Shown: positions 167,252-182,303 of the stretch, piece after piece
How the letters are laid out: each line of letters starts with the position of its first letter
How positions within the stretch are numbered: position 1 is the first letter of the stretch
Source: Octopus vulgaris
Lineage: Eukaryota
Reading direction: 5' to 3'
NCBI GenBank assembly: GCA_951406725.2
Contig: OX597817.1
Coordinates: 117,820,001-118,068,000 of the forward strand
Length of the DNA stretch: 248,000 nt
Notes under the pieces: model-generated
Told to the model about the DNA's origin: nothing
Seen by the model: only the letters and a program-made list of their open reading frames with translations
Database searches by the model: none
Translations under genes and position numbers: made by a program

Positions 167252-168490
167252 TAGTGGAACCCGTGGAAATTCCACAGAACGAAAACGATTGAGAGGAGCT
167301 ATTTAAGAAAGAAAGGATGATTTTAATTTATATTTTTATTTTCATTTTGCTAAGTTATTTCACTTTCAGTCACAATAATATATCATATGATTTTAAAATT
167401 TCTCTCTGCTAAACACTATTTTTCTCTCATTCTCTACCACAAGAACAAACTTTTTAACCGTGTAATTCTTCTTTTCGTATCTTTAACAGTTTCTCTTTTT
167501 CTTCACCTCTCACTTTCACTAACCACATGCGTGACAGCATAATGCATCGGCTGGCTATCTGTTCTATCTTTCTTTCTCACATTCCCTCTTTCCCTCTCTT
167601 AGTCTACCTCCTCCCTCTAATTAACAAATTAAAGCGTAAAGTGTGAAATAACAGGTAGGAGAATAATACTACACATTTAGTTTGATTAAAAAATTGTTCT
167701 CTCTACCAACACACCACCACAATAACCATCATCATTGTCATCACTATGTTTCATTAACAATGCTCGTTTCATTTCATTTCAGATGAGCCATTTTTTTTAT
167801 ATCTACTTTTTCTTGCTGTCAATGTAACTCTATTCTGACAATACAAACACTATCGGCTTCTCTGTCTCTCTTTCTCTCTCTCACTCAGTGTAACTGCCTC
167901 CTTTGTCCATCTCTCTCTCCATCTACCTTTCTTTAACCTTAGCACCAGAACATGACCTTTTGCTACATATTTTATAGTAAATATATTTCTTCCTCTTTAC
168001 CTTTCATTCCCCATCCTACAGTGCGTCGTTAAAACTTCACTTTCCCCCTTTTCTCTCGCCGTCTTTTTCTCTTGCTCATCGTCTCCTCCTTTCAACTAAC
168101 TTCGTAACGTATTTGACCTTATTTCTCAACTCCTTCCTCACTTCTTTCTTCTCTACTCACACTCCTCCCCTCTCTCACGCTTCCTCCGCCTCTCATTCAC
168201 TGTACTTCCACCTCTCGAACTAATTCATTACGGGCGAAAAAACTATCAGATAGTATTTATTCTTTATTTTTTTTTTCATTTTATCTAGTTTCAGCTCACG
168301 AGCTGTGGCCATGCTGGGGCACCGCCATTTATATATATCAAGTGTCGAACAGAAAGAACTCAACAAGGAGAAAACTAGAAACTTGATGAAATTTTAACGG
168401 GCAAGAATTTTTGACAAAGACACGATAATTGAGTTCTAGATTTAAGAGATGAGGAATTATGTATATTATGTACGTTATTTACAATTGATG

Positions 168491-168560
168491 GGTATATGGC
168501 GTAGTGGTTAAGAGCGCGGGCTACTAACCGCAAGATTCCGAGTTCGATTCCAGGTAGTGA

Positions 168561-168608
<48 letters not shown>

Positions 168609-168730
168609 CAACAACAACAACACCATCGAAAAAACCTTAGGAATGAGAACCCAGGTTCGAAATTACCCCAAGATACCTGATGAAGGCTTGATGGTATATC
168701 AGCCGAAACGTTTGTTAACAAATAAATGAG
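168491..168730 (+). mobile_element. tRNA-headed SINE-like element: Pol III box A/B, (AAT)n, then HHR
   Basis: Box A TGGCGTAGTGG at 168497-168507, box B GTTCGATTCC at 168542-168551, HHR at 168672-168717. An inverted copy of the family's 3' end lies just upstream (168440-168490). Confidence 0.65.
168672..168717 (+). ncRNA. Candidate type I HHR (canonical CUGAUGA + extra A)
   Basis: GATAC-CTGATGA-A-GGCT(TGATGGTATATC)AGCC-GAAA-CG-TT-TGTT; stem I is imperfect in this copy. Confidence 0.55.
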
Positions 168731-170589
168731 TGCAAATATCGCAATTGTAAATAGCGTAAATAAAGACACGATAGACAGAATATTCGCAGCTGAGTCTTCT
168801 TTGTCAGTCAATGACAAAAAAATATCATAGTGATTTCACGTCGTTACCATTGAGAACTCCCAGTTTTGCAGCGCCGGTGTTATTATTAAACTACTGGAAA
168901 AGGCTAGCGATTGTATACTAAACCAGAAACAAACAAGTCATAACATAAATGTAACAGACATAGAATTATACATATATAACAGTACGAAGCCTTACAGCTA
169001 TATACAACTGTAGAGAAATAATAATAATCATACATATATCGCAAATACAACAGAAAGAACTTTGCAGCTATCGAACGAACTTTGTAGGGTTGCGTAAAGA
169101 TGAAATGGAGTAAGCCCTAGAGGACGTAGCAGAAACCCAGACCAGCAAAGCGCAGTTTGGTCAAAGGCAGGGCGAAAAAGAACAACACTGCCTTCGCCGG
169201 ACACCTGTCACGTGGTATGGAAGAGGTAGCGTTGCGACGGGGAAAGAGGTGGCGGCAGAGAGGGAACGAAGGACCAGAGGGGTTAGAGAAACAGAGAGAG
169301 AAGTAAAAGGTACAAGGAAGGCAAGCAAGGGTGGAGAATAAGTTAAAGTAAGAGTAGAGGGGGAAAGAGATAGAGTAAGAGGGAAAGAGGGCGAGACAGA
169401 GAGAGAGAGAAAACGAAAAATAAGCGTTGAGACAGGGAAAGATGGGACAGCAGAGAGAGAACAAGGGAGCAGAAGGATTAGAGAAACAGAGGGAGAAGAG
169501 AAGGGTACAAGGGAGGCAAACAAGGGTAGAAAGAGAATAAAGTTGGAGAAACAGATAGAGTAATAGTATAGGTGGTATGTATGTATGTATGTATATGAAT
169601 GTAGGTAGGTAGTAGGTAGGTAGGTAGGTAGGTAGGTAGGTAGATAGGTACGTAGGTACGTAGGTAGGTAGTAGATAGGTAGGTAGGCAGGTAGGTAGTT
169701 AGCTAGGTAGGTTGGTACGTTGGTTGGTAGGTTGTTAGGTATGTAAGCTGTACCCTTTCCATCTGACTCAGAAAAAAGCATTACTAACCTAGTTGTAGCA
169801 CGAAAGGAAGGAAGGAAGGAAGGAAGGAAGGAAGGAAGGAAGGAAGGAAAGCACTTTAAGGTGTCATCCATTAAGACAGAAAACGAAAATTAAAGTCTGT
169901 CTTCAACAAAATCTTCAATCGTAAATGCAGAGTAAGAGAAACTGATCTTGGAATAAGTCGCAGTGGAGGTGGTGTCATGTAGAGGAATTGTGTATGAGAG
170001 AGAGAAATATACTATTCTATTCATGCATTCGATCTTTTCAAATTCTAGTAAATTCTCATACGTTTCATACAATTTATTGGTATACTTCTAACATGATATT
170101 TGTGACAACTCCACAGTGATAGTCATTCAGATTAAAGGCAGTATTCGGAATTGATCGAGTTTAATAGTAGCTTCTGTAGATATATTACTGTAGTTTCAAC
170201 AAATTAGATTATTTCAAATCAGATATGATTAATTTATCGATTCTCTTCAGGCTTCGAAACAAACTCCACGTTTATAAACAGAGATATATAGATGGCACAG
170301 ACAGTAAAAAGTTGAAATACATGCTGAACTGTTTGATGTTTCTGACGATGTGGTAGTATATGGTCGACACTAAAATATTGAATAAAGGCAATCTTAGCAC
170401 ATGTAAATACCTATCATGGTAAGAACAAGAGAGAAATGCAAAATAAACTCCTATATGATTGTGTACTGTATCTATAAAAAAAGCATGAATATCTCTGAAC
170501 GCAAGTAAAATGGAGCAAATATATGTAGATGATATTTCTCATTTAAATGGAAATGCTTTTACAGTTATACATATTTTGTCATACATAAG

Positions 170590-170625
<36 letters not shown>

Positions 170626-170732
170626 GTAGGGAGAGAGAGAGAGAGAAAAAGAAAGACAGAGAGAGAAATTGATACAGATAGACAAGCTTGGTCTTGATAT
170701 ACAAGATATACACATATATATATATATATATG

Positions 170733-170763
<31 letters not shown>

Positions 170764-171559
170764 CCATATATATATAAAGAGAGAGAGATAGAGAGAGAGA
170801 GAAAGATAGACATACAGATAGACAGATCCAATAGACAGACAGGGACTGGGCGAGAAACAAAAACAGAAATTATTCGGATGACCACTCATGTATACCCTTG
170901 TAGATCATTGTATATTTATAAAACAAATTTGCATGATGGATAAAGTATAAACAATTCTAAGAGACGAAGCCATAGTAATTCCAGATCTACAGCTGTTTCT
171001 GAGGGCTTGGAATTCCGTAATTGTTGTACTGCTCAGAATTAAGAAATTCAAGGATATGCAACCAACAGAGGATGCATATAAGCGTCGCCGTAAAACTGGC
171101 CTCCATTGTCAGGGTGGGAAGATGGATTGTGTGGGTTAAATTACCTTGACTTTTCCTCTTATATGTTGCTCTCAATGTAAATGTGTTTTGTAAACATAAA
171201 TAACTACATATTTGAATATTTTCAGTTGTTGCCACCCACTACATATAAATCCCTATATGTTTTTACATGAGTCTATTTTACATATCAAGCACATGCATGT
171301 ATCTCTGCATCACTGTCTCCATATTTGATCACTTAGAATTTTCTTGTAGCTAGTTATCGACTTCACTACAGCGCAATGATTTATAAAAAATATGAGAAAG
171401 TTTTGTTAGACCATGAGCTGACAGAATCGTTAACTACGCCGGAAAAAATGATTGAGCATCGTTTCGTCTGTTTTAACGTTCTGAGTTCAAATTCCACCGA
171501 TATTGGTTTTCATACTCGTCTAGATGTTGTACCCACATTGATCATGGAATACGAAATGG

Positions 171560-172000
171560 TCGACGACTCCCTGCTCCAGAGCTCTTGGATCATTTTTTGC
171601 ATCTGGGATGTCTTCGATCAACGTCATAGTTATCAATATCCGATCTAGAGCTCGTGAAACTGCAGACACGGAAGCAGGTAGCATTCTGGGTAATGCTGCC
171701 TCTAAATCCCTATCCGTCTGTTGAATGGTTGCAAGTGAGTTGGCATCAATAATCACCCGAAGCTTGACTCGCATTTCCTCATAAACCTTAACGCGGTGAG
171801 CACCTCCTCTGGGCAACTTGTAGCTCCTCCCAGACCGTAGTAATGTCGCTACTATGGATCGCGTACAACTCCTTTTAATGCCAAGTGTGTCTGCCAGTTG
171901 CCGGTAATCGGTTTGATGCCCCTCGAAGGTCTCAACCACACTTGCCCTATCGTCTACCGATATATGCATGTACCTTCCGCGTGACTGCATGATTACAATT
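171560..172000 (-). mobile_element. Tc1/IS630-like transposase N-terminal (HTH) fragment
   Basis: DYRQLADTLGIKRSCTRSIVATLLRSGRSYKLPRGGAHRVKV paired-like HTH and GRPR-like linker. Confidence 0.5.
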
Positions 172001-172879
172001 TGGTGTATGAGAAACGGATATAAAACGCAACTAATACCGACCAGTTCGTGGACAGAAGAATGACGTAATTTATTTCTTCCGGGTAGCTATAACAGCATAA
172101 TAATATTATTTAATCTTTCATTTTTAACATTTACTTCTTAGAATGTGAGTAAAACAGAGATGTAAATTTAATGAACTTATTTCCGAACTTGAATGCTCAT
172201 ATGCGAAAAGATGCTTCCTCTCATTGCGAGTAATTTGAAAACTCCCGACGGGCATTTTATATAGAAATGCTAAAGTAAATGCTAAATTCTTTGCTCGCGA
172301 AACTGATGACTAAATTCTTGTACCAATTTCTTTTTCGCGACTTTGAATAACCTGATTACCAAAGTTAGTGACAAACGTACTATCATAACTGCAAAAACCT
172401 AAATTTTTTTAATGTTCCGGTTAAACCTTGATTTCATCACACATTGTCTAAAATTCTTGTGTGTGTGTGTGATCGTATTTTATCTGCGTCTATGTAAATT
172501 CGTGTGCAAACGTAACGAAATGGTTGCGGATATATGTTTGTGTGTATAAGATATAATCTCATAACGTGCATTTCGAAAGTCCTATAGGGTTACAGTAGGA
172601 TTAAGCTTTTTACAGGAAATACATGTGGAAATCCATTAGTGTATGCAGAGTTTACATAAAAATTACAAAACAAGAAAAAGTACATGGGGTCCAGCAGTGC
172701 TGTCAAGGCCATTCATTAGATGATATGCAGGTACGCAGCTTCAACTGGAACATCCATTTAGACAATATTTATGCAACAATATAATATAGCAAACTTAGCA
172801 AGTAATAGCAATTACCAATGCACAGAAACAACTGTGGTAATTACTTATTAATGTCTGATCATTCCATCTTCTCGTTATA

Positions 172880-172988
<109 letters not shown>

Positions 172989-173490
172989 GTTGTGTGTATA
173001 TGAGGTCTCAGGTATGAGTATGATCGTATGCCACATAGATACGGTATAATGTATTGTTTATAAAACAAAATATTATGCACACATACAGTGAAAGAGAGAG
173101 ACAGAACTAGAGAGACAGAGACAGAGAGGCAGAGAAAGTGATAGGTAAAGAGTGGTAGAATAAAATGAAGGAACAATAAATAATACTTCTTCTACAAGAT
173201 AATGCAAGGGAAAAAAGTAAACTTGCCATAAATCTTTAGCAATGGGATTGCGGATTATATATCAAGGGGAAAATAAATGCGTTGCTACCGTATAACTTCC
173301 TGCTGAACGTTAGGTAAAGCTTGCATGACAGTAAGCAGGTATATGGAGTGTTTTCCTATATAAATGTGTGGTAATATATTATCGAAAATTATGATTAAGA
173401 CTTTCCTTTATATGCGAGTGTGTGCATGTCTGTGTGTGTGTGCGGCGTGTACGCGCGTAAATGTGTATGTGTGTGTGTGTCTGTGTGTGT

Positions 173491-173565
<75 letters not shown>

Positions 173566-174436
173566 AAAAGTTGCGGTACATTATAGATTAATCTTTTCAG
173601 AAATGTATTCAAAATTTTACTTTTAGCTTTAGGTAACATTACCAAGGATAAAATTAGGAATTCAAATTCACTGAAGTGACAATGAAGGAACTCTAAAAGG
173701 CATGTCATCATTTCACTAAGTTCATATATTGTTTCTGAAATAAATGGCAATGGTTTGATATATTTTCAAGTAAACCCCAATTAGTTGCCGTTTATTTCGA
173801 GATTACTGTTTGTTAAACTATGCGAAAGAGAAATATGTAAATAAACAGATCAACATACAGACGGATAGGTACATAGGTTACAAGAACAGACACATATAGA
173901 GACACGGATCCACACATATAAAGATGCACATCCATACATACAAACATGGTACGTAGCTACATAACACACATACAGATATGCACACACAAGGAGACAGAGG
174001 TGCATACATATGCAAACACATGCTCACACACACATACATAAAAAATACACAAACACGGACAGGCAAGCACATAAATATGCAAGATACGTACATAGAAATG
174101 CACACACATACATACATATGCATATACACACATATATACATACATACACATACAAACACACACACATACATACGTACATGCATGCATGCATGTATAGGCA
174201 CACACACACAGACAAACCTACACACATGCGCACAAACAAACAAAATAACGGCCTGAGTCAAGACTATTGAAAGGACCACAGATGAGATCACAGAAGTGTG
174301 ACGAAAGAACTCTGGCCGAAATAAGATTAAGATTAATGTAAAAATTAAATAAACAAAGCTGAAGCAACTTAACACCAAATATATATTGCGTGTGTTTTTA
174401 TTGGCTAAACTGGCAACATGACCGTTCCTAAATACG

Positions 174437-174484
<48 letters not shown>

Positions 174485-177400
174485 GAAATTATTGTATACA
174501 GTGCTCAGATGTATCACAACTTGTCAAAAGTTCGTATAAAACATATGCAGTAATGTAGAAATGTCTGAAAACTGAACAGTGTATGAGCCAGATACTTGCG
174601 TGTAAGTGGGCAAAGAAAACGAAAGAAAAGGGAACTCATCACACTTAGTATGGGTTATGCATTATTACTTAAGACAGAATCAAGCTATTTTGAGAAATAC
174701 ACCCACACACACTCGCACGCACACACATACACACACACACATATGCAATTTACCATGACTTTCAGTCTACACACATATGTATGTTCCACCTGATACACTA
174801 TCTATAGGATACCCATATATGGAGAGTTGAGCTCTTATGAGAAAATGAAACGTCACTCACACTCGGATATACTCTGTAAGAAATCACTCTGACGGGTACA
174901 TTCCTTCTCAACTACTGTCCTTAAAACATCATTGATTCCTTTCCTATTACTGTTACATATCAATAAAGAAATCGAATGTATTGACAATAATATATGCGTT
175001 TAATGGAGTCTAAATATGTATTCTTAGCATGTAGTTGAATATACTCCCCAGTCCATATTTTAAACACGTCAATGTCAGTTATGATTTATGAGCATCACCC
175101 CATTTCTGCATGGAATAACGCCAATATGTCATCAAGTTTATATCAAGGATCATCTTATTATAACGTAAAAATTAGAATATTAAGTAGAATCCATGCGAAA
175201 AATTTCATGCGCAAACTATATTGTGATACATTAAAGGAACCGCTTGCGACACATTAATTACAATTTTGCAATTATTTCACTGTTTCTTTTTTTTTCTGTA
175301 GCGTTCATACGAGGGCTATTATTCATTTTACATACATCCTATCATTTTTGAGATTAATGTGTACATTAATAATCATAGAGACCAGAAACACACCACATAG
175401 ACACAATATTCATATAATAATGCATCGTTAATATCTGATTATATATGGGGATATTTTATGAGCTTACAGAGGAGTACTTAACAAAAGCGATATTTTGCGC
175501 AGTGATATGCATTTATCATCTAATTTCTTTCTTCTTTGAAATACGTATTTTTGAAAAAACTAAATTTAACAAATATACGCTCAATTTAATTGCAGACATT
175601 TCGTTTCTTTACACCTCTGAATTTCTAATGGTATAAAACACAAATATCACCTGGTATGGAGTCGGTGGTGAAGAAAATGCCGAAGGCTTATATTGTTTGT
175701 TTTCATAGCAATAATCTTTAATAGCTTATGGTGTCATCAACCATTTAATATTCGCTAGTGTAAGGAGGCGGATTGGCAAGAATCATAAGCAAGTTGGACA
175801 AAATGCTTAGCAGGTTTTCGTCCGTCCTTACGTTCTGAGTTCAAGTTCTGCCGAGGTCGACTTTGCTTTCAATCATTTCGGTGTCCAGTTAAACACTGAG
175901 GTCGATGTAATAAACTTACACCTTCCCACAAAATTATTGGCCTTGTATCAAAATTTGAAATCAATATCAGTACAAAGTGTCAATGTATTTAGATACTAAT
176001 TTTCTGGCGCAAATGAATGACAGAATCTTCCGATGACATTTTGTAAGCCTTCTAGGAACTTATCTTTAGGGGTGAAATTTTAGAGAACGGGCAAGAGGGG
176101 ACTCAACTAAATATATATAATTGCGAAGTGGGGGTAATGAACTGAATAATGGGTTAAGAACGTCGTTCGGTTCACCAATCCTACAAGGGACAATCTGATT
176201 AGCTTACGCAGTTTCCATACAGATTCCGTTCGCCAACATTATTTACATTCATTAGGTTGACACAATCTATGACAGAAGACATTTTCCCAATTTGCCGCGA
176301 CGAAATCATGAACCCATACTGCAAATCAAATATATTAAATACAATAACAAACCTATTCCCATTATAAATGGTTAAGAAGAATATCCATTCATTATGTTAA
176401 ATTAACGATTTTAGGTATAATAAACATTTGAATTTTACAAGCCAGTTTCAGGGTCATAGAGAAAATGTTCTCATATGTTCGTTATATATATATATAAATC
176501 TATTGAATTATGCATTGTAAACTATATGATGACATAATGAATGTTTAATTTTTAGATGAAATAACGAGACACTTGAAGACAACAAGACGCTGGAGCCAGC
176601 GATCACAAATCTCCATAGTTGCTCGACCGGCATTCATTGGAGATGCATATTTTGTTTTGAAAATCTCATTTTCGAACTGTTTTCAATAAAGAAGAGATGG
176701 TTCAGGATGTTGTATTCTTGAATACAGTTAACCCAGTAAATTGAAACAGAAACCAACTACAGTTCCTCAATAAAAAAGCACATATGACTACATTGTTAAA
176801 AGGTCCGCTTCACTCATATTGCTTCAGGTTCAATTCTAGTGCGTTGCACTTTGAGCAAGTACGAGCATATGTACAAGTCGCGTCAACGAATATTTTGCGG
176901 TCGAATCTGGTAAACGCTAACGGTGCGCAAAAATATTATATGTGAAAATATGTGTATATATGCATTTATGTTAGTATGTTGCTTAACTGCCGTATTTCTA
177001 GTGTCAGAATATTTCCTTCAATTTTGTCCTATTTGTACTCCTACAACTAAACGCACTTTTGTAATAAATGCATCCGCTTTGCTATTGCTTCGTATGCTTA
177101 CTTTATCCTCACCATCACAACTGTCATAATCATCATTCCCACATTTATCATTGACATCATCACAATCATCTCTATTATCTTCAACTCAATTTCTGTCCTT
177201 ATTGTTTCTTCCACCATCAGAGTTATTCCATTCTTAGCAGTAACATCACAATTATCATTGTCACCATTATCGTCTCTACAGTCACTATACCTGCCTTTAC
177301 TTACTTAACTGCCCATAACTATATAACGACTACTTTTATAAATCAGTTCTTGATATGTTCTCGTACGGATGACGATGAGCTTTGTTTGATCGGTGTTTTA

Positions 177401-177514
177401 ATAACACAAAAAACATATTTTCAATGAATCATATGCTAATTTATACATACAGAACGATAAATGGATAGAAACAAACACACACACACATATACATGTACTA
177501 ATATATATATACTC

Positions 177515-177925
177515 TTTACTCTTTACTCTTTTACTTGTTTCAGTCATTTGGCTGCGTCCATGCTGGAGCACCGCCTTTAGTCGATCAAATCGACCCCGGA
177601 ACTTATTCTTTGTAAGCCCAGTACTTATTCTATCGGTCTCTTTTGCCGAACCGCTAAGTGACGGGGACATAAACACACCAGCATCGGTTGTCAAGCAATG
177701 CTAGGTGGACAAACACAGACACCCCCCCCACACAAATACACACACATATATATATATACATATATACGACAGGCTTCTTCCAGTTTCCGTCTACCAAATC
177801 CACTCACAAGGCATTGGTCGGCCCGGGGCTATAGCACAAGACACTTGCCCAAGGTGGCACGCAGTGGGACCGAACCCGGAACCATGTGGTTGGTTAGCAA
177901 GCTACTAACCACACAGCCACTCCTG
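177515..177925 (-). mobile_element. Octopus tRNA-derived SINE (OR-like)
   Basis: Same family as 21585-21985. Confidence 0.82.
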
Positions 177926-179314
177926 TACGTATATATACGTACGCACATTGATAAATACGTACACACATATCTACACACGTACACATTTATACTTCCGATA
178001 TTTTACCACAACACAAAAGTTAACGAGTAAAATATCTTTAAGGAATTACGCACACGCTGCTATCGCTGCTTGTCAACATATGCAACACTTAAGAAGACAT
178101 CGGAAATGAAATTGTGTGTTTCCCAGCAATCAGCTTCTGTGTCGCTCATCTGCAATTTTCTGAAGCAAAGAAACACACCAACAAAAGAACACTTCCAAGA
178201 TGTCAGCATTATCTCATCTTGATTCCTTTAGATGTAAGCGATAGTAACGTGTTATTAAACACACATACTTAAAATATACGCTTCGTGTATTTTCCCGTGA
178301 ATTCAATACCCTGGTGGAGTATATACACTCTCAATGCACCCGAGTCATGGACAGGCGAGGTAATTCGCCTTCAACCCCATAGGAAAGGGATGAACATCCA
178401 TGTTTTTGTCATTTTTGTGGCTTAGCAACATCACGTATCCCCCAGGAAAGAAAGCAAGACACCTAGGCAGTCCACGACTTACAGGCTCGTGGCTTGTAAA
178501 ACCATGTTCTGGCATGCCGGAAATTGCGTGTTTTGCGATATTATCATCCTAGAGCTGCTTTTATTTCATAGGTAACAAAATAATTCTCAAGATTTGAATC
178601 TGACTGAGCAGAGATGTGAAGACCATGTCAATGCAATCTTACCAAAACAACAAGTATTTTATAAATGTTTTGACGTCAGGTGGTACTTAACACATATTCT
178701 TGAGGGTGACTAAAGCAAGAAAAAATAATGAAGAAGATAGAGACGTATCAATGGCTTCCTGTCGGCTTAACAGAGATAAATGAAATGTTACAATTAAGAT
178801 ATACATAATCTTCCCCTACATTCAGCTGCTCCGGCATTGTTGTCTGCAAAACATTGAAATATCGGTTACATATATAAAAAAATCAACGACACGGAAATGT
178901 ACTTCGGTTTCAAAACACATTAATGATAATTATCCCTTTTGAAATATTTTCTTCAGAGATCTAAACAGAAATCAGTTAATTGAATATGCACATACACTCA
179001 TTTTCTCGGGCTTATACAGCTGGACGTAATTGATGATACTCTCATAATCTTTGTGTAATAAAGAGAAATACATGAAGCAATAAATATATAAATATTTTGC
179101 ATTCTCTCTCAAATGCTTCGTTCAGAGTTTCCACATAACCTTCCCCTTCCTGGTTCAACATCCACAGACTAGTTTCGGGGTATTTGCCCCACTAGTGTGT
179201 GGATGTTGAGCCAGCAAGGGGAAGCCTCTTGGAGTTAATCAACGGCTCAACGGCAGCATTCGTCCTAATTTCCTGGACTGCTATGTTAGCTGGGCGTAAG
179301 TATTAACATATATG

Positions 179315-179380
<66 letters not shown>

Positions 179381-179385
179381 GTATA

Positions 179386-179430
<45 letters not shown>

Positions 179431-179457
179431 ATATATACATATATATATATATACATA

Positions 179458-179501
<44 letters not shown>

Positions 179502-180765
179502 CAGGTTGCACCCTAACCGCATAGCTAAATCAAGAGTAGAACAGAAAGAACAAAACATGCGGGGGAGTCCCCCCCCAAAAAAAAAATAAAAAATAGACGA
179601 TAACACACCAAACAGCAAACTAGTCAAAAAGAAGATACACGGACCATTCATACATGAATTTAAATTTAGGAAGTTCTAAACATATTTAGATAATTTTTTT
179701 TTTCTTTTATAATGAAGATACTCTGGAAAACTTTACTGTTAATACGCCCACTACTTGTGTTTCATCCATTTGTCACTGAAATCTGGCAGTTGATATATAG
179801 AGAGTGATAACACAAGAACATGCTGCTTTGACCTCTGTTTGTAGATATCTCTTCAAATACTGCGGTGAAGAGGAAGCGGTGATGGGAATGCAGCAATAGA
179901 GAAGCGGAGATGGGGAAACGGTGATTGGGAAGCGGAAATGTTGGAGGTATACAGTTAATACTCTATACTTAAGTGGCCCATGGTTTACCTAACGTCGTTA
180001 GTAATTTTAGACGTACGAGCTAGCTTGGGCGGAATATTTTGTGACGGTACATTTTTTTTTTTTTATGAGAGAACACTGCTCACAAAAAATTTGTGGGGGG
180101 TCTCGAAATGGGGACTCAAACATTACTGATTCCATCATTTAGGTGGTCAGCTATCTGAGAGTGACTGGCGTTCATACCAGCATGATAAAAGGAAGATGAT
180201 TAATTTCCGAATAAACTTCCCAAAGAAAAGAACAGCAAGAAATGCTGCCATGTGTCTAGATTGAAAGGGATTCCTCCCAACATGCATAACTTATTACATC
180301 TGTTGTAGGCAGAGAATTGAGCTGGTATAATATGAATATAGCCACGTACTCCGTCTTGGTGTTAATAATCATATATCAGGGAGTGCTGCTCTCTATACAT
180401 TTTTCTAGAGAGAGCCAAAAGGTGAGAAAAGAAATAGGGGAGTACGTTTCGCAGTACAAACAGAATTCACTAGTCGGTTGTGCAGTTTCAGGGAAAAAGT
180501 TTTCTCTATCCTGGGAACTTTTCATGACATCTGTTTCAGTGTATATTTCCGCCCTGGATAGTAGCCAAGAACCAATCATGGCTATTTACAAACATTTACC
180601 TAGCAGTTCAGCATTGCAAACCGATAAAGTACTAGGCTTTAACAACAACAAGTATTGGTGTCGATCCATCCAACAAAACATTTTTAAGGCGGTTTCCCAG
180701 CATGGCCGCAATCTTATGACTTAGAAAAATAGTATATAAGAGACATTTACGTATGTGTCTTTTAC

Positions 180766-180840
<75 letters not shown>

Positions 180841-180841
180841 C

Positions 180842-180967
<126 letters not shown>

Positions 180968-181175
180968 TCATGTCTTTTATAGAATGAAGCAGTGGTGGGA
181001 TACCGCCTTGAAAATTTTTTAATCGGGTGTATCGCCCCCAATAAGTACAGCTTTTAAAGCCAGGTATATCGGCTCACTTTGCTGAATCGCTAAGTTACTG
181101 AGACGTAAACATACAAGCACCGGATCTGAAGCGGTCGCGGGGACCAAATATTAACACAAATACACATACACATAC

Positions 181176-181275
<100 letters not shown>

Positions 181276-181396
181276 TAGCAGCATAGCCCGGCGTTGCCCG
181301 GGTATGTAAGAGCCCCTAGTAGGCAACGACTAATCCCAATGTAGTCCTTTCCCTCCAGGGAACGAAGGTGCATGTGGACGTTGCAATGTCTTGTCT

Positions 181397-182275
181397 TCAC
181401 TGGAATACTTCTGTATATACGATGTTCCTAGCTGTCCGTTTGGGCGAAAACATGAAAACATCATTGCGCCTCCCAACGCGTGAACAGCCCACGTAGAGTT
181501 GACCGTGGGCGAAGCACTGTTCGCCCAAATGTAACCCAGCGACTTGTAGCGTTTGGCCTTGGGATTTATTGATGGACATTGCGAAGCAGAGTTTAACAGG
181601 AAACTGAGAACGCCTGAAGTGGATTGGTAGGTCAGCGCCCGACGGTTGAAGGTGCATCCGTGGAATGAAGACGTCCTCTCCCTTCCCACAACCGGTAAGT
181701 ATTGTGGCCGTTATTAAATGTGGTGCCAAATGTTTCACAACCAAACGTGTGCCGTTGCACTGTTTAGGTGGAACCAAATTCCTGATGAGCATAATGGGCG
181801 CACCGACTTTTAACTTCAGGATGTGTGGTGGCAGGCATGGCGGTTCAAGTGAATTCAGGAATTCAACAGGATAATCGGCAAGCTGGGCGGGGTCTGCTGT
181901 CCTATCTATAGATTTGTAGACGTGGACATCACCAGGAATAGCTTCAAGTAGCTGGATATTGATGGAGTTGACGGTTGTATTTTTGGGTGCGAGAATAGCT
182001 CTGCCTGCCAGCCATTTTAGGTCGCGTAAATTGTTTTGTAGGTCGTGGAAGACAGCGTCCCGGAGGCTAGCAGGGGTGTTGACAATGGTGCAAAGTGAGT
182101 CCAATTGAACGTAGCCATCCGCATCAGACAGCATCCTATTTTCACCGAGCGATAAGAGGTCCCTGGAGAATGCAGCGGATCCGCTGTCACCAATTAACTG
182201 CGCGCGCATGTTAGTTTGGAGGTGCAAGGGCCGCACATGTGCCCAAAGAGCTGACGACTTAAGGCACGCGCGCAC
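181397..182275 (-). pseudogene. Helitron PIF1-like helicase C-terminus, detached by a stop and a frameshift
   Basis: RAILAPKN, LKLKVGAPIMLIRNL, CNGTRL, FAMSINKSQGQTL, HGQLYVGCSRV. Confidence 0.9.
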
Positions 182276-182303
182276 GGGTTCCTTTTGGAATAACAGGTAG
182301 AGT

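Noticed and set aside
168491-168560. Possible genuine tRNA gene (and other tRNA-like heads)
   Set aside because: The acceptor stem is incomplete and the head is fused to repeat body sequence; these are SINE heads, not tRNA genes.
180317-180724. 135-aa plus-strand ORF
   Set aside because: No recognisable domain. The minus strand has only faint DNA-transposon-like remnants, so it is not supportable either way.
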